Shown one piece after another: positions 49,463-58,658 of a stretch of 64,000 nucleotides of DNA. The first letter of the stretch is position 1, and every line of letters starts with the position of its first letter. The position numbers and the translations under genes are program-made. The notes beneath the pieces were generated by a model, which saw nothing but the letters and a program-made list of their open reading frames with translations, made no database searches and was not told the DNA's origin. Origin of the DNA: an uncultured bacterium (GTDB taxonomy: Bacteria > Chloroflexota > UBA5177 > JANWHV01). The stretch covers positions 288,001 through 352,000 of the forward strand of contig CAVSOU010000011.1 in assembly GCA_963729625.1 (NCBI GenBank), written 5' to 3'.

Positions 49463-50233
49463 CTATGGCGTGGTCAGGAGTTGCGGCAGCACAGAACCCG
49501 CCCCGCCGGCCAACGTCACCGTCGCGTGTAGCAGGCCCGAACCTGGCCAAGCATAGCCGTTTGAGCGAAGAGCCGGCTCCGGGTTGACCTCGACGATTGG
49601 TATCCCGTGGCGATCCGCGTGCCACAGCAAACCGGTCGGCGTCGTCACCAGCAACGACGTTCCGACCAGGAGCACAGCGCCCGCACCTTCGATCGCCGCG
49701 GCTGAGCCCCTGACCACGTCATCCGGCAGCATTTCGCCAAACCAGACGACCGCGGGACGCACAAAGCTCCCGCAGCGCGAGCAGCGCGGCACGGTTTCCG
49801 CATCCGCGACACCGAGCACCTCGTGGCGACGGTCGGCGCAGAAGAAACGATGGAGGCTGCCGTGCATCTCCACAACCGTGCTGCTTCCCGCCCGCCTGTG
49901 CAGCCCGTCTACATTCTGCGTGACGATGCGCACTGACGCATGTTGCTCCCACTGGACGAGGGCGCGGTAACCTGGATGCGGCGTCGCCTCGAGCGCCGTC
50001 CGGCGCCGCGCGGCGTACCAGGCCCAGACCCGCTGAGGATCGGCGGCGAATCCTTCCGCCGTCGCCAGCGTCTGTGCCAACGTATCCCAGTCCTCCCCGC
50101 CGTCAGCGTCGCGAAACGTCGGGATTCCGCACTCCGCAGACATGCCTGCCCCTGTTATGACAAGTAGGTTCTCCGCTGCGGCAATGATCTCGCGGGCCTC
50201 GGCCAGTGCCTCTTCCGATACTCCGACTGGCAT
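49463..50233 (-). CDS. cobB: Sir2-family NAD-dependent protein deacylase
   Basis: TGAGMSAECGIPTFR, WYAARR, TQNVDGLH, HGS, C..C, RPAVVWFGE, VGTS; AGGAGGAG RBS. Confidence 0.88.
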   Translation of the reverse strand: MPVGVSEEALAEAREIIAAAENLLVITGAGMSAECGIPTFRDADGGEDWDTLAQTLATAEGFAADPQRVWAWYAARRRTALEATPHPGYRALVQWEQHASVRIVTQNVDGLHRRAGSSTVVEMHGSLHRFFCADRRHEVLGVADAETVPRCSRCGSFVRPAVVWFGEMLPDDVVRGSAAAIEGAGAVLLVGTSLLVTTPTGLLWHADRHGIPIVEVNPEPALRSNGYAWPGSGLLHATVTLAGGAGSVLPQLLTTP

Positions 50234-50490
50234 ACAACGACTCCTCCTGAGATAGTGTACTTGGGGCCGAGCCATATCCATGCGCCCAGAGCGACCAAGT
50301 GCCTGGAACACGCGATCACATTGTGCAGGCATGCACGCGCCGAGACTGGTCGTGGTGTCGACAGCACGCTACAGTGCATCTATGGCGGATGCGTGCACGG
50401 TCCCGGCCAGCCAGATGCTACGGCGGGAGAATCGCACTCCAGTGGGCGCGTCAGACGTTGACTGGAAGGACATAGGGAGAGCGTCATTGC

Positions 50491-51660
50491 ATGGCCTATG
50501 ACCTGGTGCTCAAGGGCGGAACGGTTGTCGATCCTGGCAATGCAGTTCATGCCCCGCTAGACGTCGCGGTCCGGGATGGCTGCGTCGCGGCAGTTTCGGC
50601 TGATGTGCCGACAGGTGAAGCCGACGTCGTACTGGACATGCGCGGCTGCCTGATCGCGCCCGGCCTCATCGACCTCCACACACATTGCTATTGGGGAGCC
50701 ACCTATTGGGGGATCGAGCCAGACCCGGTGTCTGCGCGCTCAGGAGTCACGACTTGGGTAGACGCCGGAAGTGCCGGCGCGTACAACTTTCCGGCGTTCC
50801 GACGCTATGTCGTCGAAGCGAGTCGCTCGCGCGTGCTTGCCCTTCTCAACGTCAGCACTATTGGACTCGTAGCACCCACATATGAGCTGACCAACCCGGC
50901 CTATTGCGATGTCGACGCCGGGGAGATCGTGGTCGAGGCGAACCGCGACTGTATCCGAGGCATCAAGGCGCGTGTGGATCGCGCGACAACCGGCGAGATA
51001 GGTGTCGAAGGCCTCCGGCGTGCACGAATGCTCGCCGATCGCGTTCGGTTGCCGCTGATGGTTCACATCGCTTCTGCGCCCCCGCACCTGCAGGAGATCG
51101 CCGGCTTCTTGAGGGCCGGTGACATCCTCACGCACTGCTTTACCGGACAGGACAATCGCCTCGTCGATCCGGCCGGCAATGTGCTCCCGATGGCGAAGGG
51201 CCTCCGCGACATCGGCGTGATGCTGGATATCGGTCACGGATCCGGAAGCTTCAGCTTTGCCTCCGCGGAGGCGCTGCTGGCTGGCGGTATTGCGCCCGAC
51301 ATAATCAGCAGCGACATTCACCAGCTCAGTCGAATCGGTGCCATGTGCGATCTGCCGACCACACTATCGAAGTTCCTGCATCTGGGAATGTCTCTTGACG
51401 CTGTGATAGCCAGCGCCACCGTACGACCGGCGGCAGCGATCGGAGAACGTGCACTCGGCACTCTCAGCGTCGGATCGCGCGCCGACATCGCCGTCTTCCA
51501 ACTCGAATATGGGGAGTTCACATATTCCGATACCGCCTGGCAGTCACGGCAGGGGTCCGTTCGCCTAGTGAGCGCTGCGACGTTTGTCGGCGGCGAAAGG
51601 TTGCCACGGTTGGAGGAGCGCCCTCCCGCGCCCTGGGTGGCGCGGGACTCGACGCGATAG
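50491..51660 (+). CDS. Amidohydrolase/deacetylase-family metallohydrolase (dihydroorotase-like fold)
   Basis: PGLIDLHTH, GVTTWVDAGSAG, GIKAR, MVHI, THCF, DIGHG, ISSDIH. Confidence 0.85.
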   Translation: MAYDLVLKGGTVVDPGNAVHAPLDVAVRDGCVAAVSADVPTGEADVVLDMRGCLIAPGLIDLHTHCYWGATYWGIEPDPVSARSGVTTWVDAGSAGAYNFPAFRRYVVEASRSRVLALLNVSTIGLVAPTYELTNPAYCDVDAGEIVVEANRDCIRGIKARVDRATTGEIGVEGLRRARMLADRVRLPLMVHIASAPPHLQEIAGFLRAGDILTHCFTGQDNRLVDPAGNVLPMAKGLRDIGVMLDIGHGSGSFSFASAEALLAGGIAPDIISSDIHQLSRIGAMCDLPTTLSKFLHLGMSLDAVIASATVRPAAAIGERALGTLSVGSRADIAVFQLEYGEFTYSDTAWQSRQGSVRLVSAATFVGGERLPRLEERPPAPWVARDSTR

Positions 51661-51813
51661 TGTCCGGTTCTCGCAGGTCCGGCGGTCTGACTGCCGAGCG
51701 TGGAATGGCCTTGTAGCTGCCGCCGGGTCACGGCGGTTCCTCCCGCTCTGGCACTGGCCCGTTGCAGAAGCAAGCGAACGCCGCATAGATATGACCTTGC
51801 GATCGGCCCCTTT

Positions 51814-53139
51814 TTAGCGGCGTCCACAGGCGCGGGCGTATGCGGCCGCAACTTCGTCAATCTTGTGCAGCACGAGGTCACGCGGTCTATTCGCAATCAC
51901 TCCGCCACGCACCGCCTCGTACTGCTTCGGCAGGAACTGGCTGATCAACGTGAGGGGGATCGTTCGACCTGAGAGGTTCGCCATCAGCCTGTCCAGCGCA
52001 CTCTGCACCGCTGGGTTCGGCCAGTAGTACCGGATCCGGTCGGACAGGCTGAAACCTCGGGCCAGGCGCTGCGCCGTTCCGTCGCCGTGGTAGTAGTTCT
52101 TCCAGTAGCCGGGAGCATCGATCATCACCTGCTCAAGCGTGCGTCGTAGGCCGGAGAGCTCGACATTCATCCCCGACAGCCACTCCTGCTCTATCATCTC
52201 CAGGCTAAACACGGCTTCGCGGAAGGCAAATGTCAGCGCAGGGCCAACCTTGAGTATGGCGAAGTGATCCATGACCAAACTGCGCAGGGAATCCTCGCGC
52301 TGGTAGTCCGTGGAGTGCGCCTCGAACACGAGGTTGCCGTACCCCTCGATCGCGTGCGACAAGGCGCGCGCCTTTTCCGGCTGATAGTCAAAGATGGATT
52401 CTTCGCCAAACTCGACGCCAGGCTGAACGACCGTGGCAACCACGCGCTCCCAGGCTGCCTGCAAACCGCGCTCCTTGAACGCCTTGCCGGTAACTTCAAC
52501 CGTGTGCTTGGCCGCTTCAGGCGTCGTTACTGCCAGTGTCTCCTCGGATTCCTGCGCCCCTCCCGGAATCGGTACCTCCGTACCGATCACGTAGACCGGA
52601 GCGGGCACTCCAGTTTCGCCGCGCGCAAAGGTGTCCTCGGCCGCGCGACAGAGCTCCGCGGCGCGCGCGGCCACGATCTCCTCTTGAAGAGGCGCGCGCG
52701 CCTCGCCGGGATCATCGGCACAACGCATGCTCGCGTCAAGATGAATCTTCTGGAAACCTGCCAGCACGTAGTCCCGCACCATCTGGCACGCCTTCTCCAT
52801 GGCGACGGCGGCCGTGTCTGTTTGCCAGGCGTTTGGGCCCAGGTGATCTCCGCCGAGGACCAGGTGCTCGGGCCCCAGGCCGGTCTTGAACGCCAGCTTC
52901 CGCACGTAGTCGGCGTACCGGACAGGAGTCATGCCGGTATAGCCGCCGAACTGGTTAACCTGGTTGGATGTCGCCTCGACGAGCACTATGTCATCGTTGG
53001 CGACCGCTTCCCGCATGCACGCTTCCAGTGCGTACGGATGCGCAGAACAGATGGATGGCATACCGATGGACTCGCCTCGCTTGTGGCGGCGCACCAGGTC
53101 CTGCACGACGCTCCGTTGCACGTTTCCCTCACTGTTCAT
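51814..53139 (-). CDS. KbaZ/GatZ-family protein (tagatose-6-phosphate 4-epimerase-like)
   Basis: SICSAH, EATSNQVNQFGGYTGM, GGDHLGPN, KIHLDAS, GTEVPIPGG, EAHSTDYQ, SDRIRYYW. Confidence 0.92.
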   Translation of the reverse strand: MNSEGNVQRSVVQDLVRRHKRGESIGMPSICSAHPYALEACMREAVANDDIVLVEATSNQVNQFGGYTGMTPVRYADYVRKLAFKTGLGPEHLVLGGDHLGPNAWQTDTAAVAMEKACQMVRDYVLAGFQKIHLDASMRCADDPGEARAPLQEEIVAARAAELCRAAEDTFARGETGVPAPVYVIGTEVPIPGGAQESEETLAVTTPEAAKHTVEVTGKAFKERGLQAAWERVVATVVQPGVEFGEESIFDYQPEKARALSHAIEGYGNLVFEAHSTDYQREDSLRSLVMDHFAILKVGPALTFAFREAVFSLEMIEQEWLSGMNVELSGLRRTLEQVMIDAPGYWKNYYHGDGTAQRLARGFSLSDRIRYYWPNPAVQSALDRLMANLSGRTIPLTLISQFLPKQYEAVRGGVIANRPRDLVLHKIDEVAAAYARACGRR

Positions 53140-53521
53140 GACCTGTCACCCTATCATCTCTAGCTCAAGTCAAAGATCCCGGTGATTCAGGCTCCACATC
53201 CCGCAGGAAAGCGCCATGGCTATCCAGCAGATCGACCAGGCCACGTACGCCGGCGTAGGCGGCGCTGCTACGCCGAGAGGATCGGTGTTGAGCCTGCCTA
53301 ACCTCAGCACCGTGGGCTCGAGGTTATGACTGCTCCACGCCACAGACCGTCCGTCGGCAGTACCAGGCTGACGACTCTACCTATTCTCTCCAACCTCGTA
53401 CCTGTAACCGCATATACCATACCGCTCTTCCGCCAGAACGCGCCGTTGCCATCGCTGGTGAGTTCCCGAGCGCCAGGCCCTGCCCAGTCGCTTAGATCGC
53501 GCAAGGGCACGGCGACGCGCG

Positions 53522-53555
53522 AAAAAGACCTCCGGCGATACCTCGCCGGAGGCCT
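53522..53555 (-). terminator. Rho-independent terminator after yceI
   Basis: Minus strand AGGCCTCCGGCGA-GGTA-TCGCCGGAGGTCT followed by a T run. Confidence 0.75.
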
Positions 53556-53620
53556 GACTGAGAATACTACAACGCCGGAGAGAACAACCCGCAGATAGCC
53601 GGGAGTCGACGCCGGCTGTG

Positions 53621-54172
53621 TTATGCCTGCTTGGTCGCTTCGATCTCGAGCGAGATCTTGACCATCTCGCCTACCAGCACACCGCCCGCTTCAAGGGCGA
53701 CATTCCAGCCGAGGTCGAAGTCCTTACGGTTGATCTGGGTGGCGCCGCTGAACCCAGCGACCTGCTGGCCCCAGGGATTGGTTCCGCTGCCCGTCCTCGT
53801 GACGTCGAGGGTCACCGGACGAGTGGTTCCGCGTATCGTCAGGTCGCCCGTCACACTCAGGTGGTCGGCGCCGCCCGCGGTGACACTCGTGCTCTTGAAG
53901 GTAATGGTCGGGTGCTGTTCGGCCAGGAAGAAGTCCGAAGAACGCAAATGCTCGTCGCGCTTCGAGTCGCGCGTGGTAATGCTGGCAACGTTGATGGTGA
54001 CGTCGACGGAAGAGCGCGTCGGATCAGCTGCATCTTCGACGATGGTGCCGCTGAACTCGGTGAACTGGCCTTTGACGGTGGCAAACATCATGTGCTTTAC
54101 GGCGAATTCGATTTCCGAGTGGGCTTGGTCGATTACCCAGGTGGCGGTTTGAGGCTGGATCTGTGTCGTCAT
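53621..54172 (-). CDS. YceI-family protein
   Basis: WVIDQAHSEIEFAVKHMM, RDEHLRS.DFF, GDLTIRG, INRKDF. Confidence 0.93.
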   Translation of the reverse strand: MTTQIQPQTATWVIDQAHSEIEFAVKHMMFATVKGQFTEFSGTIVEDAADPTRSSVDVTINVASITTRDSKRDEHLRSSDFFLAEQHPTITFKSTSVTAGGADHLSVTGDLTIRGTTRPVTLDVTRTGSGTNPWGQQVAGFSGATQINRKDFDLGWNVALEAGGVLVGEMVKISLEIEATKQA

Positions 54173-54657
54173 GTCTTCTCTCCATCTATATGCTTGTCGC
54201 TCGCGAGCGAACGATCCAACTTCCTGAGCAGGGTCACGAGCTGAAGCTGCTCTGGCCTGGTCAACGCCGAGAACATGCCGCCTATTGCCAGTTCCTGAGC
54301 GGGCACGGATTCGACAAACAGTCGCTTCCCTCGATCGGTAAGGAATAGCTTGTTTGACCTTCCCTCCGGAACTCTCCGGACAAGCCCATCCCGCTCCATG
54401 CGATCCACAAGCTGGCAGACGTTGCCCTTGGTGACCAGCAGCGCAGCCGCCACATCCTGCTGTGTGATTCCTTCGGAGCCGCCCACGTGCACGAGCAGGT
54501 CAAACTGGGCGGAGCTTAGGCCCCAGAGCCGGAGGTGATCCGCTGAAAGCTGCTCGAGCCGTTGGAACACGCGCGCCAGTCGCAGCCAAGACAGCACCGC
54601 TGCGGTTGGGCGAGCAGTGCGTTCCTCGACTGAAAGATTCGCCTCCACTCGCGTCAC
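54169..54657 (-). CDS. MarR-family regulator
   Basis: GLSSAQFDLL, ITQQDVAAALLVTKGNV..LVDRME..GLV.R, LTDRG; 4-bp overlap with yceI. Confidence 0.9.
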   Translation of the reverse strand: MTRVEANLSVEERTARPTAAVLSWLRLARVFQRLEQLSADHLRLWGLSSAQFDLLVHVGGSEGITQQDVAAALLVTKGNVCQLVDRMERDGLVRRVPEGRSNKLFLTDRGKRLFVESVPAQELAIGGMFSALTRPEQLQLVTLLRKLDRSLASDKHIDGEKT

Positions 54658-54675
54658 TCCTATCCCTGCTCGCAG

Positions 54676-54708
54676 CTATAGTTTATACCTAAACTATAGT
54701 GATGTCAA
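54676..54708 (-). promoter_or_regulatory. marR promoter with an overlapping perfect operator palindrome
   Basis: CTATAGTTTA-TACC-TAAACTATAG (54676-54699) lies within TTGACA-N17-TAAACT. Confidence 0.8.
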
Positions 54709-54859
54709 TGCCACTTAGAGAAATCAACTGCGGAATAGTCGACCATGCTATGCCTCGGGCCACCTGGACGCGCGTCGCGCTTCCCGGGCCGCGGCGTATG
54801 CGGCCGCCTGCGCTGAACTATCCTTCTCTGTGGCAGGCGAGACAGGTAGCCGACCGGGA

Positions 54860-55630
54860 TGACAAGCGAGCGAATCGCGTCGCGCAGCACCTTGAGGTAG
54901 GCAGGGAGATCTTGCGTGGGAGAGGCGACGCTGGCGATAATCGCTCTGCTGAAGTTGTCCAGAATGGTCACACAGTAGGCCTGCTGGCCGAGCAACGGCG
55001 TGTCGAGATAGCGCACGTCCGAGGTCCAGTATTGGTGGCGTCGACTGGCGGCGAAGGGCATGGGCTTCTTCACGTGCGGCTCGCGCTCAGCTGCTTCCAG
55101 GTGATAGAGCGCGCTATGGTGGGCCATGATCCGGTTGCAAGCGCGCACACTCGCCCGTATACCCAGCCGGAGTAAGGCGGCATGCATCCGAAAGCCACCC
55201 AGGCGCGGATCTTCCTGCTGTTTCTTCTCAATCATGGCCATCGTCTTGAGGTCGACAGCGCGGAACCCTGGTTTCGGCCCGGGCCTCTTGTCCTCGAGCC
55301 CGAGCCGGCCCTCTTCAATCCAACGGCGCAGCGTCGTGTGTACGGTCTGGCGGCTGGTGGCCAAGTAGGCCGCGATGCTCTTGGCATTCCAGCCCTCTGC
55401 ATGCGGCGTGATAATTGCGCTGGTTCACCCGATGGTAGAGCGTGCTCCGTGCAACGCCGGTCTCCAGCGCACGTTCAGAGGGGGACTGGCCGAAGAGCAC
55501 TACCGAACGCAGCACCTCATAGCGGACTGGCTCTTCCCAATGCATCCGCTTGCGCAGTCCCGCGAACTCGCGCTGTCGTTCCAGGCGCTCTTGCACATCC
55601 ACGGTTGGCCGATCGTCCTCGCGTACACCA
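54860..55630 (-). mobile_element. Degenerate IS481/rve-type transposase remnant
   Basis: HTH segments YEVLRSVVLFGQSPSERALETG and HAEGWNAKSIAAYLATSRQTV sit in different frames; integrase start HQYWTSDVRYL..ILDNFSRAI is truncated before the rest of the DDE. Confidence 0.7.
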
Positions 55631-55921
55631 TCTGACCACTGGAGAGTGATTGCTCCACGGTACGCATCGCACGCGAAAGCGTGCAACTCTGGGCGACGCG
55701 AGCTGCGTCTCTTGACGACTCGGCGACGCGCGGGCCGCTCCTCTGCACAGGCTAGCACCCCACTGTCCAGGTCACATCCGGGCGTGTCTTGGACATGATG
55801 CGTCGCCTCCGCTCGTTGCTCCCCGACCGTGACTTGATAGGAGCCTGCGGCTACGTGCCTCCAGAGAGCTTGGCCCCGTCGGAAGCAGGGCTCGCGTGGT
55901 TCAGAAGAAAACGGTCGTCCG

Positions 55922-57205
55922 TCATGCGTATTCCTGCGTCACTTCAGCTGCCATTGCCGCCCACTCCCACAGACGCTGCGGCTGGTGGCGCATCGTGCTG
56001 ATGTCCTTCATGATCACCTCGACGATGCAGTCGTGCGCTTTCGCCTTTGTCAGCACAGTCTCGAGGTCGCGCCTGGCTTTGTCGAGATGCCACGTTTCTT
56101 CGGCGAACACGGCGGGACTGGGCTTGTAGGAGAACACATAGCGATCCCCTACAGTAGCAACCGCCTCGTCGACATTGATCCACGGGCTCATCGACACCTT
56201 CCGCAGGTTCGGAATCTTCTCGAGCATCCGCATTTTCCTGTGCAGCGGGTCGCAACAGCCGTAGTACGTGAGGCCAAACCTGCTCAGCCAACGCAGTTCG
56301 TACTGCAGCGCGAATTCCCAATGCATGCGCGGCGACACGTCGGAGAAGATCTGCGCCGCTCCATGGCCCCACAGGTCCTTGACACGCACATGGGATGGTT
56401 CAAAGTCCGGCTGCGGCAACTCGTCCGTGTATCCCAGTCCCCCGGACCCGATGCGGTTGTAGCCGTTGTTGAGGGTAAGGAGATTCTGGTCCTGCCACTG
56501 ATCGAGCATGGCCAGGTAGGCGTTGACCAGCCGGTCCATCGCCTTGTGCACCAGGTCCGGCTTGTCGACCAGATCGGTAAGGGCTTGCTGCGGTCCCCAC
56601 CACCGGATCAGCTCATCCCAGGGCGCAAACCACGTAACAAAGCCGGGCGCCCCGCGCTTCTCGACGTGAAGAACGCCGCCGAAGATTTCTTTCAGCTGCT
56701 GGCAGTGCTCCTCGGACGCGACTGCATCATGCGCCACGACCGGCGTCTCGATCTTCTCCAGATCCTCTTCATCGCGTATCTGGAAGTTGAAGTGCCGGGA
56801 GACGACGTCACTCGCGTCGTCGGTCTTGACGATGTCGACATTTTCGGCAATGCCAAAGCCGGTATTGTGGATCACCAGGGGCGAGAAGACCGTGGGCTCC
56901 ACGACCATGTCGCCCGGAAAGTGCTTCCATTGGTAGAGCAGCGACCGCAATTCCCATTCGTGGTAACGGCACCATGCGGTCGTCGTCCGCAGCCGGAGCT
57001 CGCCGTCGACGTCCATTTCGTGCCAGGGAACCTCGTTGATCCAGACCAGCGGTCGGACGCGCTTGAGGCCGTTCAGGTCGCGCCACATGGCTGCCCGCTC
57101 AGCGTGCACCGGCAACGCAGCGATCTCGGCAAGCTGCTCCCCGAGGTCGCGCAGCACCGTACGGTCCCCTGCGGATACATCCGCGCTATGAAGCTTGACG
57201 GACAT
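55922..57205 (-). CDS. URO-D-fold hypothetical protein
   Basis: GSGGLGYTDELP, AQIFSDVSPRMHWEF, YYGCCDPLH, LRKVSMS, YKPSPA, EVIMKD. Confidence 0.78.
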   Translation of the reverse strand: MSVKLHSADVSAGDRTVLRDLGEQLAEIAALPVHAERAAMWRDLNGLKRVRPLVWINEVPWHEMDVDGELRLRTTTAWCRYHEWELRSLLYQWKHFPGDMVVEPTVFSPLVIHNTGFGIAENVDIVKTDDASDVVSRHFNFQIRDEEDLEKIETPVVAHDAVASEEHCQQLKEIFGGVLHVEKRGAPGFVTWFAPWDELIRWWGPQQALTDLVDKPDLVHKAMDRLVNAYLAMLDQWQDQNLLTLNNGYNRIGSGGLGYTDELPQPDFEPSHVRVKDLWGHGAAQIFSDVSPRMHWEFALQYELRWLSRFGLTYYGCCDPLHRKMRMLEKIPNLRKVSMSPWINVDEAVATVGDRYVFSYKPSPAVFAEETWHLDKARRDLETVLTKAKAHDCIVEVIMKDISTMRHQPQRLWEWAAMAAEVTQEYA

Positions 57206-57320
57206 GTAACACTCTTTTCGCTACTGATCGATCGAGCCAACCACAGCAGGTGCTGTAGCTATCATCCAGGAGCGCCATGCCAGGTTGGATCGGCCTGTGC
57301 TGCGCCAGCATGCATGGCCG

Positions 57321-58658
57321 TTAGATCCGCTCGATAGGCTTGTCAATGCAATGCTCCTGATCCAACGGACTCTGCAGATCGATCTTCAGCACGGTGGCAT
57401 ACGGATCCAGTTCCTGCTCCGGCACGGAAATCCACAATACACCTGGCACGTTCGCCCACGGCGCTCCGCCCAGCGTCCGGTGCGCCACTTCGGTGCCGCG
57501 TCCCAGCACGCTGACGCGTGACACCCTCGCGTTGATACCCTTGACGGCGACCTCATCGTATGGCCGGTCGAAATTGAAGACGTACAGGGATCGACGATCT
57601 GCCGAGAGCGTGGTGGCGCCGTACGCATAGCCGGGCGGCAGACCCGCTACCGTGCCGTAGACCGCCTCCTCATGCCTGCCGATCCAGGCTCCGAGCGTCT
57701 CCAGCCGCTCGACCTGCTCAGGTGGTATCGTACCGTCGGCCCTCGGCCCCGCGTCCAGCAACAGATTGCCCCCCATGCCAATGCACTCCGCGAAGGTGCG
57801 AATGATCTGCCGCGCCGACTTGTAGTTGCGGTCGTGCTCTTTGTAGCCCCAGGAATCGTTCATGGTCATGCAGAACTCCCAGGGTCCCGAGGGTGGCGTG
57901 ATCGGTAACCCCTGTTCCGGTGTCTCATAGTCGCCGCAACCGGCCATACGGGAGTTCAGGACGACCTTGGGCAGCATTCTATGGAGCTGTTCGCGAAGAG
58001 CGGGCATGTTCCAGTACGAGGCCTCTGGTGTCCAGTCACCGTCGAACCAGAGCAGATCCGGCGCGTAGCGCGTGCATAGCTCCTCCAACTGGGCGTTGCG
58101 GAACTGCAGAAAGCGCTGCCAGTCCGGTGTGGCCGGGCCCTCCGGCCATCCCTGCCGGTAGGTTTCCACGTCGAGGGTTGCCGGAATACGGCCGCCTTCG
58201 AACTGTGCCAGCCACGCCGGAGTCGCCAGCTTCTCCCATGTACGCTCTGCTGGGAAGACGGGCGCGTAGTCGGGGTGCGACCAGTCGAGGTGTGAGAAAT
58301 ACAGCCCGACTTTGAGGCTTTGGGCGCGCAGCGCGTCGCAATAGGGGCCAATAAGGTCCCGTGCGGCGGGCGTGCAAGCCGCCATGTTGAGGTCGCTCAG
58401 CGCCGTCGGCCAGAGGGCCACGCCGTCGTGATGTTTGCTGGTGAGCACTGCGTAGCGTGCCCCGGCGCGCCGGAACAGGTCGGCCCAGGCCGGCGGGTCG
58501 TAGCGATCCGCCGTGAACCCGTCCAGCTGAGCCATGTATGCGGCATAGGGTACGTCGCGGTTGAAGATCGCCCACGATTCCGAGGTGCCGTTGACGGCAT
58601 AGATGCCCCAATGGATGAAGATGCCGAGCTTGGCTTCCGAGAACCAGGGTTGCAACAC
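57321..58658 (-). CDS. GH29 alpha-L-fucosidase
   Basis: WFSEAKLGIFIHWG, LTSKHHDG, LLWFDG, YETPEQ, SWGY, GGNLLL; GGAGGT RBS. Confidence 0.93.
   Translation of the reverse strand: MLQPWFSEAKLGIFIHWGIYAVNGTSESWAIFNRDVPYAAYMAQLDGFTADRYDPPAWADLFRRAGARYAVLTSKHHDGVALWPTALSDLNMAACTPAARDLIGPYCDALRAQSLKVGLYFSHLDWSHPDYAPVFPAERTWEKLATPAWLAQFEGGRIPATLDVETYRQGWPEGPATPDWQRFLQFRNAQLEELCTRYAPDLLWFDGDWTPEASYWNMPALREQLHRMLPKVVLNSRMAGCGDYETPEQGLPITPPSGPWEFCMTMNDSWGYKEHDRNYKSARQIIRTFAECIGMGGNLLLDAGPRADGTIPPEQVERLETLGAWIGRHEEAVYGTVAGLPPGYAYGATTLSADRRSLYVFNFDRPYDEVAVKGINARVSRVSVLGRGTEVAHRTLGGAPWANVPGVLWISVPEQELDPYATVLKIDLQSPLDQEHCIDKPIERI

Noticed and set aside
44416-50233. Anti-phage defence island (HNH + HD + Sir2)
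   Set aside because: The Sir2 is a canonical CobB deacylase, the HD protein is a common housekeeping type, and the genes are not co-operonic.
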